DNA from: an uncultured Bacteroidota bacterium | GTDB lineage: Bacteria > Bacteroidota > Rhodothermia > Rhodothermales > UBA10348 | Length of the DNA stretch: 64,000 nt | Direction of reading: 5' to 3' | Assembly (NCBI GenBank): GCA_937876355.1 | Contig: CALFHN010000177.1 | Span: 54-64,053 of the forward strand | Part shown: positions 36,399 through 45,548 of the stretch, one piece after another | Position numbering within the stretch: position 1 is the first letter of the stretch | Layout: every line of letters starts with the position of its first letter | Position numbers and translations under genes: made by a program | The notes under the pieces: model-generated | Seen by the model: only the letters and a program-made list of their open reading frames with translations | Told to the model about the DNA's origin: nothing | Databases searched by the model: none

Positions 36399-38378
36399 CT
36401 AATAGGCCATAACCTTCTCGATTCCTTCCCGTAATCTGCTCTGGGCGGAATAAAGTTCGCTTTCGATTTGTTTTGAAAAGGGAATGGGCATATCTAAACC
36501 TCCCAATCTAAGTGGTGGAGCCTCAAGGAATTCAAAAACAGATTCCGATATTTGTGCAGAAATTTCTGCTCCAAATCCGGCGGTTTTGGGAGCTTCATGG
36601 AGAATCACCACACGATTTGTCTTTTTTACAGACTCAATGACGGCCTCCCTATCCCAAGGAACGAGTGTACGCAGGTCGATAATTTCAATATCTACACCCC
36701 TATTCTCCCAGTAGATCGCTTCTTCCAACGCCCATGAAACTCCAATCCCATAGGTAATGATAGAAAGGTCGGACCCATTCCTTACTCGATTCGCTTGTCC
36801 CAAAGGGATCCGGTACGACTCGGATGGTACCATTCCTTTGAGGGATCTATATAGTTTTTTGTGTTCTAGATAGAGCACGGGATTGGGGTCATCGAGGCTG
36901 GAAAGCAACAATCCTTTCGCATCGTAGGGAGAGGACGGAATGACCACCTTTAAACCGGGAGTGTGACAAAACCAAGCCTCCATCGACTGGGAGTGAAACG
37001 GCCCGGCACCAATTCCGCCGCCAAAAGGTGCCCTAATCGTTACGTTTATTGGTGCCCCCCATCTGTAGTATGTAGTAGCCAGGTTATTTACAATCTGATT
37101 GAAGCCACAGGTTATGAAGTCAAAATACTGTATCTCAACTATAGGCTGGTAGCCGGCAAGAGCGAGCCCCATAGCCGCTCCAATAGCTCCGCTTTCGATA
37201 ATGGGCGTGTTGCGAATCCTGTCAGTTCCAAATTCTTGTACGAAATCTTGGGTGACCTTAAATACTCCCCCATATTCGGCAATATCCTGTCCAAAAATTA
37301 CCGATTTCGAATTTTCGCGCATCCCCAAGCGAAGCCCATCCGAGATGGCATCGATAAACCTCATTTCTTTAGCTTCTGAGGACGGAAGCACAGCCGTCGC
37401 AGCGTTGTTATTCTTTGGGCTTGCGAATACATCGGCCAATTCCAGTTCTGCTGTGCTTGTCGCTTCAGGTTGAGTCAAGGCCCATTCCGCCACACGGTTC
37501 ACCTCCTCAACTAATTCCTTCCTTATTTCCGCCTGTTTTTTTGCTGGAAGTTTTTTCTTAGCTAAGCTTTCAAAACGTTCAACAGGATCCAATTTCGCCC
37601 ATTTATCTAGAAGCTCTTGAGGTACATATTTGGTACCTGATGCTTCTTCATGCCCTCTGATTCGAAAAGTTTTCATCTCTAACAGAGTGGGTCCCTCTCC
37701 TTTTGAAGCCCTAGCTCGAGCCACGGAAACGGCCTCAATTACTGCCATGATGTCGTTTCCGTCGACAATCACGGAATCCATTCCGTATCCAATTCCTGAG
37801 TCGGCAATATTTTCTGCGGGAATAACGTCTGGCGTTGGGGTCGATAGTCCGTAACCATTGTTTTCAACAACAAACAAAACCGGCAATTTCCAAACCGAAG
37901 CCAAATTTAAGGCCTCGTGAAAATCCCCCTCGCGGGTTGCCCCCTCACCCACAAAGGCCAATGCCACTCGGTCTTCACCGTCCAATTGAGCTGCCAGTCC
38001 AAGTCCATCGGCAACTGGAAGCATGGCCGCCAACTGAGAAATCATCCCTACGATGTTCTTTTCCAAAATGCCAAAATGAAACGTGCGGTCTCTGCCTTTT
38101 GTATAACCGCCTTCCTTTCCCATCAATTGGCAAAACAATCGTTCTAAAGGCAATCCTCGAGTTGTCCAAACTCCCAAATTCCTGTGCATAGGAAGGATAT
38201 AGTCATCCTTTTTTAAAGCATATGCCGTTCCGACAGCAATGGCTTCCTGACCATACCCACTAAACCATTTGGATATTCTCCCCTGCCGAATAAGGCGAAG
38301 CATCTTATCCTCTATTACTCGAGGGAGCAATAGAGCTCGGTACAAATGTTCAAATTGACTGGGTGTATTTATCGGCAT
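36399..38378 (-). CDS. Branched-chain 2-oxoacid dehydrogenase E1 component, fused alpha+beta subunits
   Basis: N-terminal TPP-binding 'FVGEGATREGDFHEALNLASVWKLPVLFVVENNGYG'. The C-terminal beta-like half has 'RNTPIIESGAIGAAMGLA' and 'LEHKKLY'. Confidence 0.9.
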   Translation of the reverse strand: MPINTPSQFEHLYRALLLPRVIEDKMLRLIRQGRISKWFSGYGQEAIAVGTAYALKKDDYILPMHRNLGVWTTRGLPLERLFCQLMGKEGGYTKGRDRTFHFGILEKNIVGMISQLAAMLPVADGLGLAAQLDGEDRVALAFVGEGATREGDFHEALNLASVWKLPVLFVVENNGYGLSTPTPDVIPAENIADSGIGYGMDSVIVDGNDIMAVIEAVSVARARASKGEGPTLLEMKTFRIRGHEEASGTKYVPQELLDKWAKLDPVERFESLAKKKLPAKKQAEIRKELVEEVNRVAEWALTQPEATSTAELELADVFASPKNNNAATAVLPSSEAKEMRFIDAISDGLRLGMRENSKSVIFGQDIAEYGGVFKVTQDFVQEFGTDRIRNTPIIESGAIGAAMGLALAGYQPIVEIQYFDFITCGFNQIVNNLATTYYRWGAPINVTIRAPFGGGIGAGPFHSQSMEAWFCHTPGLKVVIPSSPYDAKGLLLSSLDDPNPVLYLEHKKLYRSLKGMVPSESYRIPLGQANRVRNGSDLSIITYGIGVSWALEEAIYWENRGVDIEIIDLRTLVPWDREAVIESVKKTNRVVILHEAPKTAGFGAEISAQISESVFEFLEAPPLRLGGLDMPIPFSKQIESELYSAQSRLREGIEKVMAY

Positions 38379-38441
38379 AAAGAGCCTTAAAGGCTAACAA
38401 AAAGGGCGTTTCAAAGACCCAAATATACGGCAAGGAGACTA

Positions 38442-39866
38442 TTACCAACCACTCCCGCGCAGGGCTGTGTACACTGTTCTGAACAAGATTTGAAGATCTT
38501 TTCGAAAGCTCATGTTTTCGATATAAAACAGATCGTATTTGACCTTCTGCTGAACGTCTTTTAAATCCGAATCATATTTCCATTTAACCTGGGCCCATCC
38601 CGTGATTCCTGGTTTTACTCGATGACGTCGCGAATACAATGGGATCTCTTTGGTTAGTTTTTCAACAAAAAATGGGCGCTCTGGCCTGGGGCCTACAAGA
38701 CTCATTTCTCCTTTGAGCACATTCCAAAACTGTGGGACTTCATCGAGCCTCATTTTGCGGAGCCATCTTCCCAGTTTAGTATAACGAGGATCTCCTGCTG
38801 TGGCCCAAACTGGGCCCGTGTCTGCCTCGGCGTTGTTTAACATCGTTCTGAATTTTAGCATGCTAAATGGTCGACCGTTCTGGCCAATCCTGGTTTGGCG
38901 ATAAATCGAAGGGCCAGAACTAGTTAACCTCACCATCAATCCAACCAAAAGCCACAACGGGAGCCCAACTATCAACACGACCACTGCGAAGGTAAAATCA
39001 AAAATACGCTTGAGACTTTGCTCCCACGCTTGCATCGGCTCAGGTAGCACCTCAATTAAAGGCAAACCGTACATGTGTTCAGTCCGGGCCATCCCGCCGA
39101 TGATCGAGTAAAAATCAGGGACTAGCTTTAATTTAACTGGTTTTCCATCACACAATCGCAACACTTCTAACAGTGATGCTCCATCGTTGGGCCCTAGGGC
39201 GATGAGAACATCTTGAATTTCCAAATCGTCAATCAGATTGGGAAGATCCTCCATTTCAAACTGCTTAGCAGTTAACAATCCAGTTGAAGTGGTTACAGCT
39301 TCCGGATGACTCGAACCGTTTTCCCGGGATAAACGAATGGCCCCAACAATGTCGAGGCCCGCTTCAGGATAGCGTGCTACTTCTTCGTAAAGGAGTTCTA
39401 AGGCGTCTGACCACCCGACGATTAATGCTCGATGAAGTCCTTTCCCCTTTAATATTAATATTTTTTGAACGGACCGGACAATTATTCGGCCAGCCGAAAC
39501 CATTACAATCATGGCTGCCCAGTAGGCGATCAGATTTAACTGAGCCGAATGTGGGTCAAGGTTATTTACGAAAAAGACAAAGAAAAGGACCAAAATGCCA
39601 ATGGTTACCACTTTCCCAATCGTTACCAGCTCATCAAATCGGGAAGCCGCATACCGTTCACGATATAATCCAAAAAACAGAAACACAAGCAGCCAGAAAA
39701 GTGATAAAACGACCACCATTGCGCCGAGGTAGGTAGGGTCTGGCGAAAAAATGGGGGTACTAAACCAGTTCCATTCAAATCTAGCCCAATACCAAACCAT
39801 GTTCGCCCATGCAAACGCCACGGCGTCCATCGCCACTAAAAATATTAATTCAGTTTTTCGATTCAC
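38442..39866 (-). CDS. Polyprenyl-phosphate hexose-1-phosphate transferase (WbaP/large bacterial sugar transferase family)
   Basis: Four or five N-terminal TM segments, a central Rossmann-like domain, and C-terminal 'RFDEVPQFWNVLKGEMSLVGPRP' and 'KPGITGWAQV'. GTG start. Confidence 0.88.
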   Translation of the reverse strand: MNRKTELIFLVAMDAVAFAWANMVWYWARFEWNWFSTPIFSPDPTYLGAMVVVLSLFWLLVFLFFGLYRERYAASRFDELVTIGKVVTIGILVLFFVFFVNNLDPHSAQLNLIAYWAAMIVMVSAGRIIVRSVQKILILKGKGLHRALIVGWSDALELLYEEVARYPEAGLDIVGAIRLSRENGSSHPEAVTTSTGLLTAKQFEMEDLPNLIDDLEIQDVLIALGPNDGASLLEVLRLCDGKPVKLKLVPDFYSIIGGMARTEHMYGLPLIEVLPEPMQAWEQSLKRIFDFTFAVVVLIVGLPLWLLVGLMVRLTSSGPSIYRQTRIGQNGRPFSMLKFRTMLNNAEADTGPVWATAGDPRYTKLGRWLRKMRLDEVPQFWNVLKGEMSLVGPRPERPFFVEKLTKEIPLYSRRHRVKPGITGWAQVKWKYDSDLKDVQQKVKYDLFYIENMSFRKDLQILFRTVYTALRGSGW

Positions 39867-39893
39867 GATGCAGCGTGTGTCGGTTACATGTCA

Positions 39894-39941
39894 CATTTGA
39901 CTAGGAGCCCATTTGACTAGGCGCCCATTTGACCAGGAGCC
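39894..39941. repeat. 3 x 16-bp tandem direct repeat in the divergent WbaP-like/Wzi-like promoter region
   Basis: CATTTGACTAGGAGCC / CATTTGACTAGGCGCC / CATTTGACCAGGAGCC, head to tail, with 1 mismatch each. Each unit carries a TTGAC(T/C) core. Confidence 0.9.
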
Positions 39942-40057
39942 GGGTAGACCCAAAAAGTAGATTCTACGTTTTCGGTTCGCAACTCGCCAACAAACCCTGA
40001 CAATCTCCCATTGTTCACCTAATTTGTGTTCTAACTCAAAGATCTACCTTCTACGCT

Positions 40058-41584
40058 ATGCTGGCTCGCACAATTTTTCTACTTGTTGTAGTGTCTACTG
40101 GGTTTAATCAAACAATTTGGGCCCAGGAACGAGGGCCGATTTTACCCATGGATGATCCAGCCCTTTGGTATTACAACGCCCTTTTGGCTCGTGGGTATCT
40201 TTCAAGCCTGGATGCCGGATCGTTCCCCATTTCGGAATCAGCCTTTCGCCTTGGGCTGCAAGACGCTTCAACCGAGCTTGGTGGCGTACTACCCAGACTG
40301 CAACGACGCTTGTTTTCTGACTCTTCGTTGACCTCCAGACACTTCGGGATTCGGCTTAGGCCGGGCGTTTCTGTTGCAAATCAAGAAGCATCAAACTTTC
40401 TTCGAAGCGAAAGCAACCCGTCTAATGTGATTTACAGTTTACTAGGATTCGAATCTTGGTTTACAGCGGGAAACTTCACCGCTGCTTGGGGATGGCGCCA
40501 TGATCGATATTATGATCGAGATCCGGAAGGCCTTGATACCGCTCATCGATGGGCTATTCGGCCGGAAAATGCCTACATATCATACTCCGGGAAATATGCG
40601 AACATCATGGTAGGCCGAGTTCGAAGACATTGGGGTGGATATTCTCAACCTGGTTTTCTATTGAGCGACAATCCGCGGCCCATGGACCATCTGGCTTTCC
40701 GAGTCGGGACGAATCGCTTGAATTTGAGCACTAATCTGTCAGAACTGGACAGTATAACGGGTGATGGCCGTTTTACCGGCACTGCCGGCGACGATTCTGT
40801 ATCGTCTGGAAGCGAGCGACGATATCTTGCCGTGCACAAATTAACGATAGCAAAACCCGGGTCTTGGAGCATCGGGTTAATGCATTCAATTTTGTACTCA
40901 GGCGCCAATAGTGGCGTCTCTTTAAAATTTATCAATCCACTTCAATTGGCCATTTTATCCGTCGATGAAAAGCCGAAAAACGAGGAGAACAACGGATTGC
41001 TGGGCGCATTTTTTCAAATAAATCGTCCCTCCCTCCTGATTCAAGGGCAAGTGGCAATTGACGACTTTGATTTATTAAATGGGAAGGAGCCAGCGTCTTT
41101 GGCGGCAACTCTGTTTGTTTATCGAGCAAATATGTTTTCTCATCTTGACGTCTCTGCGGGCGCAACCGTTGTGACAGCCCGAACATTCAACGCAGACCAG
41201 CCTGAAGGAAAATATCTTTACCTGCAACGAGGAATTGGTACCCAGTATTCTGATTTTGTCTCCGCTTTTGCCTCAGCAACCGTTTTCATTGGCTCGGGCA
41301 CGACTATTATGCCTCGATTGGACGTGCTCTTTCAAGGGGAAGGTGACTTTCATCAACCTTTTCCTGCGCATGACGGGCCTCCTGCCTTGTTTTCCGGTGT
41401 GGTTGAGCGCACGATTCGCCCCTCCGTTTCTTTCCAAGTTGTGCTTAGTCAATTAATTGATATGGAGGCTACTGGAGGAGTGAATCTTACAAACAATACT
41501 AATCATATCAATGGAGCCTCTGGAGCGCATTTTTCCGGAGGCGTATCCATCAGTTACCGATTTATTTGGGACGGAGCTTTTTAG
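40058..41584 (+). CDS. Wzi-family outer-membrane capsule-assembly/lectin-like beta-barrel
   Basis: Signal peptide. The N-terminal 'DDPALWYYNALLARGYLSSLDAGSFPISESAF' and the block 'RRHWGGYSQPGFLLSDNPRPMDHLAF' parallel the Wzi N-terminal helical repeat and the 'WWGPG...RPM' block as I recall them. About 500 aa. Confidence 0.65.
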   Translation: MLARTIFLLVVVSTGFNQTIWAQERGPILPMDDPALWYYNALLARGYLSSLDAGSFPISESAFRLGLQDASTELGGVLPRLQRRLFSDSSLTSRHFGIRLRPGVSVANQEASNFLRSESNPSNVIYSLLGFESWFTAGNFTAAWGWRHDRYYDRDPEGLDTAHRWAIRPENAYISYSGKYANIMVGRVRRHWGGYSQPGFLLSDNPRPMDHLAFRVGTNRLNLSTNLSELDSITGDGRFTGTAGDDSVSSGSERRYLAVHKLTIAKPGSWSIGLMHSILYSGANSGVSLKFINPLQLAILSVDEKPKNEENNGLLGAFFQINRPSLLIQGQVAIDDFDLLNGKEPASLAATLFVYRANMFSHLDVSAGATVVTARTFNADQPEGKYLYLQRGIGTQYSDFVSAFASATVFIGSGTTIMPRLDVLFQGEGDFHQPFPAHDGPPALFSGVVERTIRPSVSFQVVLSQLIDMEATGGVNLTNNTNHINGASGAHFSGGVSISYRFIWDGAF

Positions 41585-42165
41585 TGAGTTGGATTAAAAT
41601 TACTGTTAGTTTCATATTTTGGGGATTCTGTCTACAGGCGACGTCTGCGCAGGAGGTTAAAGACGTCTTTGGATCTATCCGCCTAAGTGCAGGTCCGGAA
41701 ACCTCTCTCTACGCAGCGCACGTTGATTCTTGGAAAGCCGGATACGGGGGGCGACTTGTTGCTGCGACTCCGTTTTATGTTGGGGATGTTGAGCTGGGCA
41801 TTTCCATCGTTCCTTGGAATGCCAAGGACGCTTCGGTTCCAAATTTTATGTCGGCTTTAATTTTCGCAGGTTGGTCTATTTCTTCCTCTCCGAAAAATGC
41901 CGTAAAAGCGGCAACTGGCGTTCGTTTCGGGAATTATTTTATGGCTTTTGACAGCCAAGAGGTTTCCGGGGAGCGAAATGAAAGCGAATTTGTGGTCTCT
42001 CCATTTATCGGTCTTAGACGCACGTTCTTTCGCAAAATAGAAGGGTTTATCGAAGTCAACGCATCCAAAGTGTTTACTGTACCCAGGATCGATTTCGTCC
42101 AAGTTTCAGCTGGTCTTTCCGTCACCGTGGGCGCACCAGGTTGGCTACGTGGAATACTCAAATGA
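41566..42165 (+). CDS. Small outer-membrane beta-barrel-like protein (hypothetical)
   Basis: Signal peptide '...ITVSFIFWGFCLQATSAQE' with alternating amphipathic strands. The start is either TTG 41566 or GTG 41584, which overlaps the Wzi-like stop (taGTG). The stop overlaps the next ATG (ATGA). Confidence 0.45.
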   Translation: MGRSFLVSWIKITVSFIFWGFCLQATSAQEVKDVFGSIRLSAGPETSLYAAHVDSWKAGYGGRLVAATPFYVGDVELGISIVPWNAKDASVPNFMSALIFAGWSISSSPKNAVKAATGVRFGNYFMAFDSQEVSGERNESEFVVSPFIGLRRTFFRKIEGFIEVNASKVFTVPRIDFVQVSAGLSVTVGAPGWLRGILK

Positions 42166-44105
42166 AGCAGGTCCCAATCATTCTCTTCCTTGTGTTATGC
42201 GTTCAAGTGAGCTCAGGCAGACAAAGCATGAGTTGGACGGGAGCGGACTTGGCACAGCGCGGCACGGTTCGATTTACCGAATTACTTCAGACTCTCGAGC
42301 CTTTGCGATTTTGGTCCACTGACCGCTACACAACAAGATTGGCTGGACAGGGCCTCGGTGGAGCTCACTCGCTAGGACCGGCTGTGGTAGTCGACGGTCT
42401 TCCTTTCAGTTCTCAATTTATGGACCGTACAGAGTATGAGCTTATTCCCATTGGACCTCGGGACATTGCCCTCCTTTCGTTTCAGCCTGGATGGACGATG
42501 TTACCGGACGGCAGAATGGCCGATGGCGTACTCAGGATAAGCACGCTAAAACCACAAGGATTTTCGGTCCGCGGTTCGGTTGGACTTACGAACGAAACGG
42601 GAGACCCCGGACCGTCCATTTATTCCAATCCGGCAGCAAAAAACGTTGATCGAAGTGGGCCCACTGCTGGGCTTCGATTGTCCTGGGGTAGTCCAACCTG
42701 GTACGTACAAGCAGGACTAGATTCTGATGCATTTCATATGACCGACGCCCGCGTTGAAGGACGAGTTTGGAGCATTTTTGCCGGAGAGGTAAAACCGGTC
42801 ATATCGCATGTTACCCAAAGTGTAAGGATTTCGCATGCTTCCGAGAAACACTCCCTGGAGTTATGGGGTGGACAAACCGTCAAAAACAATTTTCTATTTG
42901 ACGAATTGGCTGGCTTGGAGTGGCCCTTGAAAGAGGAGCGAGTCTGGCTACACGGGAATTCCACTTATGCTCTAAGCAAAAAATGGAAAATTGGGGTTTC
43001 TGGGGATCTGGGGACATGGGAAACGCAAAATTTGAAGGCTCAGATCGATCTCCCCGATAAGTTATCAATTGAGGATTATCGGGCTGAATTTCAACTTCAA
43101 TATGCAACTCCAACGTTTTCTGCTGTTTGGGCTGGAGGCGGCCGAAAAAGTAAGTTAAGTCAATTAAACGGAGGCCAGTTACGTAGTCTGAGCATTGTAC
43201 ACGCACGGTCTGAAATGAATTTGGGGCTGACAACCAAGAGCCATTTGAAAATCCTAGGAAGCGTCTCTGCGCCATCTGCCCAGATATCCGACCTGACCCA
43301 AATGTCCTACTTGGTAGGTACCGAATTGGCGCACGAAAAACCTAGCTCAGGATGGCTAAGATTGGGATTAACCGTTCGAAGTGATATTGTGGAAGATGTT
43401 TGGACAACCCTTGACCTGATCGAATCTGGAGCAACCTTTGGCCAGTGGGCGCCAAACTTTGTTGTGCCGGTATACGATTCAAGAGCAGAAACCATTGAAG
43501 TTAGTCTTTCTAGTTCATCAGTTGTAGGTCGTAACCTGTTGTTCTGGATCGACTTGCGAGCTCGTCGCCTCTCTGGCCTAACCATCCCGGATCGAAATTT
43601 TATCAATAAAGGACCCGATTTAGGGTTTCGATCCGAATCCGACTATAAGATTGGGCACCAAGGGACGGTGGCCAGCCCGACGGTTGGTTTTACCTACAAA
43701 TCGGACCTTGCGCGACTAGAGATCTCATATCAATACATTCGGCTTATCGCGGATGGCGATCTCCTTTTTTGGAAAAACTTTTCCGGATTATCCCCGCATC
43801 GGCTTAGGAGTACACTATTGGTCAACCCAACCCCTAGACTGCATTTATTTGCCTCTCTGCGAATTGAAAATCGGTCCTTGTGGCCAGAATACCCCTCGCT
43901 TGAAAGCAGTCGAGTCCCTGGGTTTGTGCAACTCGATGGCACGTTGTCCAAAGAGTTATGGAATGACAACATCAGCCTTAGTTTTTCCGTAATTAACCTA
44001 TTAAACCGACACATCGTAAAACACCCTTCAGGTGTGGATGAACAAATGGCGGTTCGTCTTGGGGTATCGGTTCGTTTTTCCAAACACGATGGTCACTATC
44101 CGTGA
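42162..44105 (+). CDS. Plug-domain outer-membrane beta-barrel (atypical TonB-dependent-receptor-like)
   Basis: Signal peptide 'MKQVPIILFLVLCVQVSSG'. Plug-like 'FTELLQTLEPL...PAVVVDGLPF...LIPIGPRDIALLSFQPG...ADGVLRISTLKP'. A long strand-rich C-terminus ends '...VRLGVSVRFSKH'. No obvious TonB box. Confidence 0.5.
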   Translation: MKQVPIILFLVLCVQVSSGRQSMSWTGADLAQRGTVRFTELLQTLEPLRFWSTDRYTTRLAGQGLGGAHSLGPAVVVDGLPFSSQFMDRTEYELIPIGPRDIALLSFQPGWTMLPDGRMADGVLRISTLKPQGFSVRGSVGLTNETGDPGPSIYSNPAAKNVDRSGPTAGLRLSWGSPTWYVQAGLDSDAFHMTDARVEGRVWSIFAGEVKPVISHVTQSVRISHASEKHSLELWGGQTVKNNFLFDELAGLEWPLKEERVWLHGNSTYALSKKWKIGVSGDLGTWETQNLKAQIDLPDKLSIEDYRAEFQLQYATPTFSAVWAGGGRKSKLSQLNGGQLRSLSIVHARSEMNLGLTTKSHLKILGSVSAPSAQISDLTQMSYLVGTELAHEKPSSGWLRLGLTVRSDIVEDVWTTLDLIESGATFGQWAPNFVVPVYDSRAETIEVSLSSSSVVGRNLLFWIDLRARRLSGLTIPDRNFINKGPDLGFRSESDYKIGHQGTVASPTVGFTYKSDLARLEISYQYIRLIADGDLLFWKNFSGLSPHRLRSTLLVNPTPRLHLFASLRIENRSLWPEYPSLESSRVPGFVQLDGTLSKELWNDNISLSFSVINLLNRHIVKHPSGVDEQMAVRLGVSVRFSKHDGHYP

Positions 44106-45532
44106 ATTTCCCTCCCGATTCCATCTCGCGATATGGGTCCCTAGTATCCGAACCTCAGGCTTTTTTCGAATCCTGTGCGCGTCCATTATCGGTCACTGGA
44201 TGGTACAATCCGTCTAAAAAGGCCGTGTCTCCCTTGATTGGGACGGCACCTGATCGTACCACCTTGAATTGGGATTCGAACGGTTTTAAGTGTGCTGATA
44301 TGCTTAATGAACGATTCCTCATGGACTTTTTGACGGGCGCAATTGCCATCCAAGAGGAATCAGCTATGACGTCTGTCCACCTGATGGATATACAGCCAGG
44401 ACAGCGCATCCTTGATCTGTGCGCCGCTCCGGGCAACAAGACGGCACAAATATCAACCAGACTCGGTGAATCCGGAACCCTCGTTGCCAACGATATATCA
44501 AAAGCTCGCTTAGGCGTTTTACACGGAGTAATTGATCGGATGGGGTTGGCTAACGTTGTTACCACTACCTATGACGCAAGACAATTTCCTATTCCACACC
44601 GATTGTTTGACTCTGTACTAGCGGACGTCCCCTGCTCGTGCGAAGGCACCTCGCGAAAATATCCTGGAATTCTGCTTAAAAACAATCAAAATGAGAGAAC
44701 CAGGCTTGTTCGCAATCAAATTGAAATCTTGGAACGCGCCGTGCGATGTGTCCGTCCTGGAGGCTGTGTAGTTTATTCAACATGCACGTATGCGCCGGAA
44801 GAAAACGAATGTGTAGTAAACGATGTGCTTAAGCGGGCACCAAGTGGATTCGAATGCGAATTAGTTCAAGTCCAGATTCCTGGATTTCATTTCAGCCCTG
44901 GGCTTACCAATTGGAATGGTGAGCACCTAGACGATTCGTTGTCCAAATGTGCAAGGATCTGGCCTCATTTGAACGACACGGGCGGTTTTTTTCTTGCCAT
45001 TCTGCGCCGATGCCAACGTGATGATGACGTTTCTAAAGATGCTCCTAAGATCAAAACGGAGCCCATTTTAACCTCAGAGTGGCCGTGGTTGGCTCATGAT
45101 TTCTCAGAAAGCGACCTATCCCCATGGAGAAGCATCGCCTTTTCGAATAAATATGATCGACTAATGGGGCAAGAATGTGAACCACCTGAAGGACTTAAAA
45201 TCCAAACCATTGGCATGACCGGACTCAATCTTAAGTCACAATATCCTAAATTTTCGACCGCCCTTGCATTAAAAATCGGTCATCTTGCACGCGGTGCCTG
45301 GGCTGAAATCGAACCGGAACGGGCTCTAGATTACTGGGACAGGAAGACAGTCCCCGTTCTTACGTCTCAAACACCTTATCCGTCAACTAGAACGATGATC
45401 GTTCGATGCGGGGGGCAATCTCTGGGCTTAGGGTCTGCATCCGATACGTCGCTCAATGTGCAAAGTAGATTTCCAAAAGTTTGGGGCGGTCTTCAAATCG
45501 CAGATCGCATTCGCCAAATCCGAACTTTGTGA
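44102..45532 (+). CDS. RsmF/RsmB-type SAM-dependent RNA m5C methyltransferase (NOL1/NOP2/Sun family)
   Basis: 'LDLCAAPGNKTAQ', 'DVPCSCEGTSRK', 'VYSTCTYAPEENE'. GTGA overlap with the preceding barrel gene. Confidence 0.85.
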   Translation: MNFPPDSISRYGSLVSEPQAFFESCARPLSVTGWYNPSKKAVSPLIGTAPDRTTLNWDSNGFKCADMLNERFLMDFLTGAIAIQEESAMTSVHLMDIQPGQRILDLCAAPGNKTAQISTRLGESGTLVANDISKARLGVLHGVIDRMGLANVVTTTYDARQFPIPHRLFDSVLADVPCSCEGTSRKYPGILLKNNQNERTRLVRNQIEILERAVRCVRPGGCVVYSTCTYAPEENECVVNDVLKRAPSGFECELVQVQIPGFHFSPGLTNWNGEHLDDSLSKCARIWPHLNDTGGFFLAILRRCQRDDDVSKDAPKIKTEPILTSEWPWLAHDFSESDLSPWRSIAFSNKYDRLMGQECEPPEGLKIQTIGMTGLNLKSQYPKFSTALALKIGHLARGAWAEIEPERALDYWDRKTVPVLTSQTPYPSTRTMIVRCGGQSLGLGSASDTSLNVQSRFPKVWGGLQIADRIRQIRTL

Positions 45533-45548
45533 AAGCTGGGCCGAATGC

